Assembly (NCBI GenBank): GCA_031972855.1
Contig: DALYDY010000002.1
Location: forward strand, 99,263 to 163,262
Source: Minisyncoccota bacterium
Lineage (GTDB): Bacteria; Patescibacteriota; Minisyncoccia; Phycocordibacterales; UBA9973
DNA: 64,000 nt
Reading direction: 5' to 3'
Positions 9,855 through 18,201 of this stretch are shown one piece after another. Below the pieces are notes generated by a model. That model ran no database searches. It was not told the origin of the DNA and saw nothing but the letters and a program-made list of their open reading frames with translations. The translations under genes and the position numbers were made by a program. The number at the start of each line of letters is the position of its first letter. Within the stretch, counting starts at the first letter, position 1.

Positions 9855-10035
9855 AGACAAAAAAGTTGGTGGAATGGACTTAGCTATTTCTACTAGTAGT
9901 GGTTTTAAAAGAAACTTCCCAATGTCTTTTACTTATTGGGTTACAGATGTTGGTGTTGATTTTATTAAGCGATATGCAGATGGTAAAGATATTGAATAAT
10001 AACTTGATTAAGAATTTGTATAAAAAATAAATAAA

Positions 10036-10692
10036 ATGCTCCAAAAACTAAAAATCCCACTATTTGCAATATTGTTCTCACTATCATTCATTTTGATTTG
10101 GAAAGTATTGAAGCTTCCATCGGACGAAGTAATGATTGAACTTGCACGTGGATGCTTCCTAAAATACGGATTCATCACCGTACTTATCGCCGCTATTATC
10201 GAAAGTATGCTTGTGGTGGGATGGTATCTACCAGGAGGGATTGTAATATTCTCTGGTGTCATACTCGCGTCAGGTCATCCATATCTCGCAATATTGTCTG
10301 TATCAGCGACAATCATCGGCTGTACTATCGGCTACACCGCGAACTATTTCCTCGGGAAATATGGCTGGTACAAATTATTCACCAAATTTGGATTGTCCAA
10401 GTCTCTCACTGAAGCCGAAATACAATTCGCAAAGTATGGATACAAGGCGATGTATATGTCGTATTGGCAGCCCAATCTCGCAGCTCTCATATCTACTTGT
10501 GCCGGAATTACAAAAGCACCATTCTGGAAATTCTTCCTCTCTTCTTTTACTGCGACAATACTCTGGTCAATATTCTGGGGAAGTTCGACATATATTCTCG
10601 GTGAGAAAATTCTGTCATATTTGGGAATTGTATTCTTTGGAATAATGATAGGGTGGATAGGATATATAGTCTATAAGAATTATAGGAAATAA
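10036..10692 (+). CDS. DedA/SNARE-associated family membrane protein
   Basis: DedA-type motif region GFITVLIAAIIESMLVVGWYLPGG; multiple TM segments. Confidence 0.7.
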   Translation: MLQKLKIPLFAILFSLSFILIWKVLKLPSDEVMIELARGCFLKYGFITVLIAAIIESMLVVGWYLPGGIVIFSGVILASGHPYLAILSVSATIIGCTIGYTANYFLGKYGWYKLFTKFGLSKSLTEAEIQFAKYGYKAMYMSYWQPNLAALISTCAGITKAPFWKFFLSSFTATILWSIFWGSSTYILGEKILSYLGIVFFGIMIGWIGYIVYKNYRK

Positions 10693-10709
10693 TTTATAAT
10701 AAATATTAC

Positions 10710-11159
10710 ATGAACGACGCACAACAAAAATTACAATCTGCTATGGCATACGCGATCAAAAATCGTCCAAAGGTTGGAGGGTTTCCATTTCTTGCTGAAT
10801 GTCTAAGGAAGGCTGGTGTTAAGAAAAATATTTGGTCACTTCCTAGTGCCGAGAGTATCTATATCACAAAAGAAGGCTCTCTAGTAAAGCCTGGTGTACC
10901 TTTGGTGTCTGAAATGACACCTGTACCAGACTTCGACAAAGAAGCACTCGTCAAAGCTCTCCAAAAAGATCAAGCGGGTGAAAGCACATTTCCAGAATTC
11001 CTACTCGCTACATGGAATGCAGGAGTTGTGAGCTATGAAGTGGACTTCATAGAACGTACAGTGTCATACCGTGGCGCTCTCGGTGAAGAATATGTAGAAT
11101 CATATCCAAAAGTAGAAGTGGGCAAAGATGACGATCTGGATATACTTATGTTTGTATAA
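10710..11159 (+). CDS. hypothetical protein (possibly DUF1398-like)
   Basis: Soluble 149-aa ORF; its 3' end overlaps the next gene by 32 nt. Confidence 0.45.
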   Translation: MNDAQQKLQSAMAYAIKNRPKVGGFPFLAECLRKAGVKKNIWSLPSAESIYITKEGSLVKPGVPLVSEMTPVPDFDKEALVKALQKDQAGESTFPEFLLATWNAGVVSYEVDFIERTVSYRGALGEEYVESYPKVEVGKDDDLDILMFV

Positions 11160-11682
11160 ATACCTACTATATAATAATTTTATGACTAAGTTTTATATAT
11201 TTATTTCGATAATGATTGGTGCTATTTTATTTATAAAATTATTAGGTGAGAATTCCTCTAAAAAAGAAAAAGTTAAACCTCTTTATAAATACAAAAAGAA
11301 AGACTTCTTAATCACTCGCCCTGAACATGAATTTTTTGATATTCTTGTTGAAATTCTTGGTGATAAATATCATGTATTCACTCAAGTACATTTACCAACA
11401 ATTCTTGACCATAAAGTACCTAATGGCCAAAATTGGAAAGGGGCTTTTAGTCATATAAATGGAAAGTCTGTTGATTTTGTTATTTGTGACAAAGATTATA
11501 TAAAACCACTACTCGCTATCGAGCTAGATGACAAGAGTCATGAAAGAGAAGATAGAATATTACGTGATAGTGAAGTAGAGAGAATGATGGAAGAATCTGG
11601 AATGAAACTTGTACGTTTCGAGAATCATGGTAATTTTGATAAAGAAGAGATAAGAAAAACTATTTTAGAAAAGTTAAATTAG
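11128..11682 (+). CDS. DUF2726 (restriction-endonuclease-like fold) protein with an N-terminal TM anchor
   Basis: N-terminal hydrophobic helix, then the DUF2726-like core SVDFVICDKDYIKPLLAIELDDKSHEREDR. Confidence 0.6.
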   Translation: MTIWIYLCLYKYLLYNNFMTKFYIFISIMIGAILFIKLLGENSSKKEKVKPLYKYKKKDFLITRPEHEFFDILVEILGDKYHVFTQVHLPTILDHKVPNGQNWKGAFSHINGKSVDFVICDKDYIKPLLAIELDDKSHEREDRILRDSEVERMMEESGMKLVRFENHGNFDKEEIRKTILEKLN

Positions 11683-11689
11683 ATTTTTA

Positions 11690-11733
11690 TTCCTCACACA
11701 ATGTTCTAAGTTTTGCGTGAGGAATTTTAGTAT
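11690..11733 (+). terminator. intrinsic terminator after the DUF2726 gene
   Basis: ttcctcac…gtgaggaa stem followed by tttt. Confidence 0.5.
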
Positions 11734-11874
11734 ATATTGACAATATGTAAAACATATTATAATGTAGCATTATATACAGCTCTTTCAAGGTCATAGATTT
11801 TGGTTTGGAGACCCTAGGTCATTTACAGGGGTTAGGGTCTCTAAACCAATTTTATAACCACTAAATAAAAAGTA

Positions 11875-12192
11875 ATGAAAAAAACAACCATTGTTAATCT
11901 CTATGAGTTTATTCAACTATTAGAGGATCAGAAGGTAAAGGGATTTAAATTTCCAAACCTTGAACAAATTATTTTTCATCTTTCTCAACAAAAAGAAGAA
12001 AATGACACTTTTATTCCAATAGGAACAGGAGAATTTATTGCCTTAATAAGGCCAAATATTTTCCCGGACGAGTTACAATTCATTAATAAAGTTGGCAACT
12101 TTATTGTAGTTGTAATGGAAGTAAGTCATTTAAACAGGGTTTTCTTAAACGGAAAATCGTTGATTACCTGGACGATTCCACAAGAAGGGTAG
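11875..12192 (+). CDS. hypothetical protein
   Basis: ORF only; preceded by a long imperfect inverted repeat at 11814-11870. Confidence 0.4.
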   Translation: MKKTTIVNLYEFIQLLEDQKVKGFKFPNLEQIIFHLSQQKEENDTFIPIGTGEFIALIRPNIFPDELQFINKVGNFIVVVMEVSHLNRVFLNGKSLITWTIPQEG

Positions 12193-12301
12193 TAAATGAT
12201 GTACAATCATTTAGATACATCCACCTAATTTAAAGTGGATGTATTTTTAATTTTAAGTGCTATAATTTTTTTGTATTATTATTTTAAAATCGTAAAAATA
12301 T

Positions 12302-12559
12302 ATGGAAAATACAAAAAATAAATGTAAAGCTTGTGAGAGTTGTCTAATGCCTTTTGATAAGGACCCAATGGGAGACAAAAGAGAGAATCCTAGATACTGT
12401 AGCTACTGCTTCAACAATGGAAAATTGTGTTATGAAGGTACAGACTTAAAAGAATTCCAAAAGGTGTGTTATGAATCAATGCGCAAAAATGGTACTCCAT
12501 ATATACTCGCAAAACTATACACATTTATGATCCGTTTCGCCCCACGTTGGAAGAAATAG
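12302..12559 (+). CDS. zinc-ribbon domain protein
   Basis: CKACESC…C(x)SYCFNNGKLCY pattern of paired CxxC. Confidence 0.45.
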   Translation: MENTKNKCKACESCLMPFDKDPMGDKRENPRYCSYCFNNGKLCYEGTDLKEFQKVCYESMRKNGTPYILAKLYTFMIRFAPRWKK

Positions 12560-12560
12560 T

Positions 12561-13067
12561 ATGATTACATCAAAATTTATAGACAAAAAAGGAATAGAAT
12601 ATACTTTTGAATATCACGAATGTGATGATTTTAACGATCTTCCACAAGAAAGAGTGAAGCAAGTCTACGGAGTTTGTTTTACACAACCAGACAAGATAGT
12701 CCTTGGTTTTGGTTGGTTTGGTGGACATGAAAAATCATGGGGCCTCATTGGTGGATCTATAGAAAAAGGAGAAACTATTGAAGAAACTTTTACAAGAGAA
12801 ATACAAGAAGAATCAAATATGAAAGTCTTGGATTTCACGCCTATTGGATATCAAAAAGTGACGACAGAAGGAAAAGAACCTATATACGAACTTCGAGTAT
12901 CCGCAAAAGTTGAACCATTTGGAGATTTCGTAGAAGATCCAATGGGTGGAATTACAGAAATTAAAATCGTAGATGTAAAAGAATATAAAAATTATTTTGA
13001 TTGGGGAGAAATAGGAGACGCTATAATAAAAAGAGGATACGAAATATCTTCAAAATTTTTTAAATAA
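12561..13067 (+). CDS. NUDIX hydrolase
   Basis: Nudix box GGSIEKGETIEETFTREIQEESNMKV (GX5EX7REUXEEXGU). Confidence 0.8.
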   Translation: MITSKFIDKKGIEYTFEYHECDDFNDLPQERVKQVYGVCFTQPDKIVLGFGWFGGHEKSWGLIGGSIEKGETIEETFTREIQEESNMKVLDFTPIGYQKVTTEGKEPIYELRVSAKVEPFGDFVEDPMGGITEIKIVDVKEYKNYFDWGEIGDAIIKRGYEISSKFFK

Positions 13068-13096
13068 AAACCCGCTTTAATAGGCGGGTTTTGTTT

Positions 13097-13675
13097 TCAC
13101 TTTTTAATAAATGAATTCCAAATTGGATCGAAGTCTTCTTTAAAAACAGCAAGAACTATATCATCGATATACTTACCATTTTTGAAAACATGATTCTTGA
13201 ATCTAGCTTCTTCTTTGTATCCACACTTCATACTGTAAGCTGCACTCCTCTCGTTTGTTTCAAAAACAAAGGATTGAATTTTGTGCAGATTTAGAGTGTT
13301 GAAAGCATAATTCAAAAGAAGCATCTTCGCTTCGAAGCCATAATCTTTTCCACGAAAAGACGATCCGAGCCATGCACCAGTGACAGCGTTCCTATGAACG
13401 AAGTCTATCTTGTGTAGACCCATAACACCGACAATCTCCTCTGTATCTTTTAGAAAGACACCGAGAGTGATATCGTCTCGTCTTTGGTAGAGAGATCCGA
13501 TCCAAGATTCTTCACTCTGTACTGAGACAGGGAAGTTGTTACTAAGTAGATAATCTCGCATTTCGGGATCATTCATACCTAGTGAAAGAAATGTTGCATG
13601 ACTCGCATCTAGCAAGCCAAGAGATACACGAGTAGAAAATTTTTCACTCGAGTAATTCAAAAATAAATTTTTCAT
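13097..13675 (-). CDS. GNAT family N-acetyltransferase (RimJ/RimL-like)
   Basis: GNAT acetyl-CoA binding region …IVGVMGLHKIDFVHRNAVTGAWLGSSFRGKDYGFEA…. Confidence 0.7.
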   Translation of the reverse strand: MKNLFLNYSSEKFSTRVSLGLLDASHATFLSLGMNDPEMRDYLLSNNFPVSVQSEESWIGSLYQRRDDITLGVFLKDTEEIVGVMGLHKIDFVHRNAVTGAWLGSSFRGKDYGFEAKMLLLNYAFNTLNLHKIQSFVFETNERSAAYSMKCGYKEEARFKNHVFKNGKYIDDIVLAVFKEDFDPIWNSFIKK

Positions 13676-14173
13676 TTTTAAAATTTATTAAAAGTGTAAA
13701 ATAACAAAGCCATCTCAACATGAGATGGCTTTTATATTCGTAAAATAATTTCGAGAAGATTAAATATACATACAAACACAAAAGCCATCGCACACACTAT
13801 GTGCACAATTCCCGGCGTTTTCTGTATTCGAATGTTTGTATGTATATTTCATACTTATATATTTATACATGTTTTTAGTATATTTGTCAATTTATTTTAA
13901 AATAAAAAATAAAAAGCGTTTTGACGCTTTTAGGTTAGGATTAGACCGCTACTAAGAGATGTTTCCTTTTCGCAGTGCACACAAACATGTACACGTGTTT
14001 GAATTAACATTCCTCCTTGTGGTACAGAGGTTTCATCTTTAGAAACTCTTTCGTATTTGTGAATACAGAGAAGCTGTTTTAAGAAAATTAGAACATGTCC
14101 TAATGATATGTTTTTCATAAGATATTAAGATTGGTTTCCTATAAAGATATCACTTAGCGTACTAAAGTCAATG

Positions 14174-14307
14174 AAAAAACCCACACCGTAAGATGTGGGC
14201 CGCTTGTCTAAGAAATGAAGTTGTAATCAATCAAATTTTAAACTAGCTACGAAAAATTAACACTCAAAAAGTTAGAAGTAAAACCCTAACAATCCTTTTT
14301 GTATTAT
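14174..14307 (-). ncRNA. candidate small RNA: consensus sigma70 promoter to intrinsic terminator, no ORF
   Basis: Minus-strand TTGACC (plus 14330-14325), 17-nt spacer, TATAAT (plus 14307-14302); about 120 nt downstream a minus-strand terminator hairpin cccacatcttacggtgtggg plus T6 (plus 14180-14199 and A-run 14174-14179). Confidence 0.3.
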
Positions 14308-14401
14308 ATATTATATTAAAGCAAAGGTCAATAGATGTAATTAGGACATATCTAACTATTAGCGTATACTCGCACGAGTCGGTTAGAAACAAATAATCAA
14401 G

Positions 14402-14443
14402 GTTACGCTGTATTTCTTTTTAAAAAAAGAAATACAGCGTAAC
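14402..14443. repeat. perfect ~18-bp-stem inverted repeat (gttacgctgtatttcttttt / aaagaaatacagcgtaac)
   Basis: Read directly from the sequence; lies immediately upstream of the 14455 ORF. Confidence 0.6.
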
Positions 14444-14454
14444 AAAAAAACAAT

Positions 14455-14667
14455 ATGCAAGACGAAGAAATCAAGAAAGACGAAACAACTCCTATAACAG
14501 TAGAAGTTTCAGAAACAGAAATTACAGAAACAGCAGATGGAGCAGAAGCTCATGTTGAAAAAGTAGTAGTTACAGGCACTCATGTAGCAGGTGAAGATAC
14601 AAAAGTTGAAATCGTTACTGAAGAAGGTGAAGAATCAGAAGAAGCGGCGGGAGAAGAAGTTAAATAA
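14455..14667 (+). CDS. small highly acidic protein (E/T-rich), hypothetical
   Basis: 70-aa ORF followed by the terminator-like hairpin gttaaataaata…tttatttatttaac (14660-14692). Confidence 0.4.
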   Translation: MQDEEIKKDETTPITVEVSETEITETADGAEAHVEKVVVTGTHVAGEDTKVEIVTEEGEESEEAAGEEVK

Positions 14668-14843
14668 ATAGACAAAGTTTATTTATTTAACTTCTTCGGA
14701 AGTACTCGATTTTTCCTTCATAAGAAAAATCAGAGTGCTGAGTAATCTAAGAGTTCACTTTTTATTTAAAAGTCCCACCAAACAATATGTTTGGTGGGAC
14801 TTTTGTTTTTATACACATATAAGTTTGATATAGCGTATAATAG

Positions 14844-15971
14844 ATGTATATGAAAAAAACTATAGCTATCATCATGAGTATTGTTTTGGGAGTTATAATT
14901 ATAATCGCTGTTTTAGGAATTATTAAATTTAATTTTATAAAAAATGACGTTGTTGTAGTTCCAGAAGAAACACCCGCAAAAGAAGAACCTATTCAACTTT
15001 GTTTTTATCAAGAATCAAAAACAAGTAGAGGTTTGTACGATGTATCTTGGCTAAAGATGAGTCTTGTAAACAAAAAAGTTACAGGGGAGTTTAGTTATTT
15101 ACCAGCAGAAAAAGATAGTAGGACTGGAACATTTGAAGGTGTAGTAGGTGATGTTGATAAAATGAGTATGTCACGCACAGCTACAGTATGGTGGAGTGTG
15201 TTTTCAGAAGGTATAAAAAACAGAGAAGAATTACAAATAGTATTCGGAGAAGGAAATGCTGTGGCAGGATTTGGAGAAATGATAAAAGAAAATGATGGTG
15301 TATATGTATACAAAGATAAGTCATCTATTACATATGGACCTGATATGGTAGATGTTTCTTGTGAAGAATTAAATAATAGAATATCTGTAGAAAAATATGT
15401 TCGTGAAAATATTCAAACATTGTCACCAGAAAAACCAGTCCTCGGAGGTGTATGGCATGTTACAAGTATTCATTTGGATCCAAAAACAAAATCTGGAATC
15501 GTGAAGTATGAAGATGGTCATATACAAGGAAGTGCATTATTTGATTATGTAATACAAAATGAACTTATTGAAATTAGAAATATAGAAAAAGGAGACGAGA
15601 CAAGTCTAAGAACAAAATATATTTCAAGTGCGAATCAGTGGCCACCAAAAGTAAGTTTGGTAAAAGGAATTTTTTCTTGTAAAGAAGGGGGTGATGAAAT
15701 ACAGAAAAATGGACTAACTGAAATAAAAATCATAAACGGAAAAGAATATTGTAAAACTTCATCAAGCGAAGGTGCTGCAGGAAGCGTCTATACAACATAC
15801 ACTTACATTACAAAAGTAGAGAAGCAAATAGCAAAACTAACTTTTACATTAAAGAAAACACAGTGTGAAAATTATGACGATCCAGCAAAAGAAGACTGTC
15901 TAACTGAGCGTGAAAACTTTAATCCAGACATAATCGCTGATAATTTGGTATTAAAGATGTTAAATAAATAG
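14844..15971 (+). CDS. hypothetical secreted / membrane-anchored protein
   Basis: N-terminal signal/TM (IAIIMSIVLGVIIIIAVLGII); no recognised motif; a terminator hairpin (14770-14808) lies upstream. Confidence 0.5.
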   Translation: MYMKKTIAIIMSIVLGVIIIIAVLGIIKFNFIKNDVVVVPEETPAKEEPIQLCFYQESKTSRGLYDVSWLKMSLVNKKVTGEFSYLPAEKDSRTGTFEGVVGDVDKMSMSRTATVWWSVFSEGIKNREELQIVFGEGNAVAGFGEMIKENDGVYVYKDKSSITYGPDMVDVSCEELNNRISVEKYVRENIQTLSPEKPVLGGVWHVTSIHLDPKTKSGIVKYEDGHIQGSALFDYVIQNELIEIRNIEKGDETSLRTKYISSANQWPPKVSLVKGIFSCKEGGDEIQKNGLTEIKIINGKEYCKTSSSEGAAGSVYTTYTYITKVEKQIAKLTFTLKKTQCENYDDPAKEDCLTERENFNPDIIADNLVLKMLNK

Positions 15972-16013
15972 CAATCGCAAAAAAGGTCAATATCTGCTAG
16001 TATATAAAAACTA

Positions 16014-16580
16014 ATGAAAATAAGTACTACAAAATTTGTAAAAGGAGTCGTAGGAGAAGACGAGGTACTTCGCGATGGAATTCCTCAAGTTGCCTTTATT
16101 GGGCGCTCAAACGTGGGTAAATCAACATTAATCAACACTCTGACAGGAAGTGCTGTATCTCGTACTAGTTCTTTTCCTGGAAGAACACAAGAAATAAACA
16201 TATTCCTCGTGAACGACAGTGTATATCTTGTAGACCTTCCTGGATACGGATTTGCTCGTATGGGAGGACTTGGCAGAGAAAAGATTGGCGACCTTATAGA
16301 CAATTATCTTTTCAACAATCCTTTTGAACAAAAATTGATTGTAATGATTATCGATGCAAATGTAGGAATGACAGACAAGGATGTGAGTATGTTTGAAGAA
16401 CTAAAAGAATGCGGCAAAAATTTCATCATTATTGCAAACAAAATTGATAAGATGAATCAATCAGAATCTCACAAAAAAATGCTCGAAATAAAAGCAATTA
16501 CAAAAGATCATACAGTTATTCCTTTTTCTTCAAAAAAGAGAGCGGGACTCGAGAAACTAATTGATACAATATTCGGATAA
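16014..16580 (+). CDS. engB: ribosome biogenesis GTP-binding protein YihA/YsxC
   Basis: G1 GRSNVGKSTLIN, DLPGYGF (G3), NKIDK (G4); terminator hairpin at 16582-16610. Confidence 0.85.
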   Translation: MKISTTKFVKGVVGEDEVLRDGIPQVAFIGRSNVGKSTLINTLTGSAVSRTSSFPGRTQEINIFLVNDSVYLVDLPGYGFARMGGLGREKIGDLIDNYLFNNPFEQKLIVMIIDANVGMTDKDVSMFEELKECGKNFIIIANKIDKMNQSESHKKMLEIKAITKDHTVIPFSSKKRAGLEKLIDTIFG

Positions 16581-16652
16581 TAAAAACCCTCTTAAATAGA
16601 GGGTTTTTACATAAATTGAAATTTTTTATTGAGTAAATACGTTATATAATAT

Positions 16653-17135
16653 ATGCATATGAAATCAAAAATAATTTTAGCATTAGCAGTAATAATAATT
16701 GTTGGAGGAGGAGCCTTTTTAACATTAAATAAAAAAACCGAAGCCCCTACAACAAACAATGGAACAGGTTTACAAAATAATAACCAAATAAATACTTACG
16801 ACACAGACAACGATGGAGAAAATGAAAGTGAGACAGATGATGACAATAAAAATACAACAGCACAAAAACCAACAATACAACCAACCAAAACAACAGGTTC
16901 TTCTTCATACACACTAGCTCAAGTTACAACTCACAACTCTCAAACAGATTGTTGGACCGTGGTTAATGGTAGTGTTTATAACATTACAAGTTATATAACA
17001 AGACATCCAGGAGGAGTCCGTGCTATATCATCTATTTGTGGAAAGGATGGAACATCTACTTTTGACGATCAACATGGAGGACAATCTCGTCCGGAAAACA
17101 CTCTCTCGTCATTCTTGGTGGGAAGTCTAAAATAA
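16653..17135 (+). CDS. cytochrome b5-like heme/steroid-binding domain protein, membrane-anchored
   Basis: N-terminal TM; C-terminal YTLAQVTTHNSQTDCWTVVNGSVYNITSYITRHPGG, typical of cyt-b5 domains. Confidence 0.65.
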   Translation: MHMKSKIILALAVIIIVGGGAFLTLNKKTEAPTTNNGTGLQNNNQINTYDTDNDGENESETDDDNKNTTAQKPTIQPTKTTGSSSYTLAQVTTHNSQTDCWTVVNGSVYNITSYITRHPGGVRAISSICGKDGTSTFDDQHGGQSRPENTLSSFLVGSLK

Positions 17136-17163
17136 ATAATATTTAAATTAAAAAAGGGGATTG

Positions 17164-17433
17164 TTACCCTTTTTTTAAAAACTCAACTCGCAATACTAAG
17201 CCTTTTATTCCGTCAGCATTACATTCTATAAGGTCCTCATCATCTGTAAGTCTAATGTTCTTTATCTTTGTGCCTTGTTTCAAAACAATAGAACTTCCTT
17301 TTACTTTGAGGTCTTTTATAACGACAACACTGTCACCATTTTCGAGAGTGTTTCCGTGAGCGTCTTTTACTATAATTTTTTCATCTTCTTCCATATACAA
17401 ACAGTATACATATTTTTTGAAAATTTGGTACAC
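17164..17433 (-). CDS. PhnA/YjdC-like protein
   Basis: VKDAHGNTLENGDSVVVIKDLKVKGSS…IKNIRL…IECNADGIKGLVLRVEFLKK resembles the PhnA C-terminal domain. Confidence 0.55.
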   Translation of the reverse strand: MYQIFKKYVYCLYMEEDEKIIVKDAHGNTLENGDSVVVIKDLKVKGSSIVLKQGTKIKNIRLTDDEDLIECNADGIKGLVLRVEFLKKG

Positions 17434-17479
17434 TTATATAAGTTAGGGATTTATTAAAAACATATTTAAACAAATTATT

Positions 17480-17542
17480 ATGGCAAAAGGTCTAGGTGCT
17501 CGCAAAGAAAAAAAGAAACCAAAGAAAGTTGTAGTGAAGTAA
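17480..17542 (+). CDS. candidate 20-aa lysine-rich micro-protein (MAKGLGARKEKKKPKKVVVK)
   Basis: ATG-to-TAA ORF below the ORF-track cutoff, followed by its own terminator hairpin (17552-17586). Confidence 0.2.
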   Translation: MAKGLGARKEKKKPKKVVVK

Positions 17543-17599
17543 TTTAGAAAAACCGCTCGATATTTTATAAAATGGGCGGTTTTTTGTTATTATATATTT

Positions 17600-18112
17600 A
17601 TGAATAAAAAAGTTCGAGTAAATAACAAAATGCAGAAAGGGTACACATACGAACTCGTCTCTCCAATGGGAAAAGATTTCGATCCAGAATTCAAACCAGA
17701 TCTAACTCCGAAACAAATGCTTTCACTTGGGGTCTTTGATGGCAAATATATGAGAGACTGCACAAAAGAATATCCGGAAGATTGGTTCAAACGTTCCAAA
17801 TTTGCAAAAGGTGACAAAAAAGATATTTCACTGAACTTTTTCAAAATAGACGCGAGTCAACCTCTATCTGTATGGATTAAAAAGGGTTGGATAAACAAAG
17901 ATCATGACCCTCGAGGGTGGTTTGAGTGGTATTGTAGATATTATATGGGTAGAAGAATACCAGACGAAGACAAGAAACAAATAAAACGATGGAAAGCAAT
18001 CCGAAGACATGTTGGCCAAATAGTGCATAATTGTCGCCCAGAAGATACAAATTGTAGACCAAAACAAAGACAAGCATTACTCCATTGGGCTTATGATTCA
18101 AGGAAAATCTAA
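17600..18112 (+). CDS. hypothetical protein (Cys/Trp-rich, basic)
   Basis: ORF only. Confidence 0.45.
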   Translation: MNKKVRVNNKMQKGYTYELVSPMGKDFDPEFKPDLTPKQMLSLGVFDGKYMRDCTKEYPEDWFKRSKFAKGDKKDISLNFFKIDASQPLSVWIKKGWINKDHDPRGWFEWYCRYYMGRRIPDEDKKQIKRWKAIRRHVGQIVHNCRPEDTNCRPKQRQALLHWAYDSRKI

Positions 18113-18201
18113 AAACACTTGCTTTTTTCTTGTAAAAATTGTATAATTATAAAATAATATTAATACGTCTATCGATATAGACTGCAAAAAGATAAAAATA
18201 T

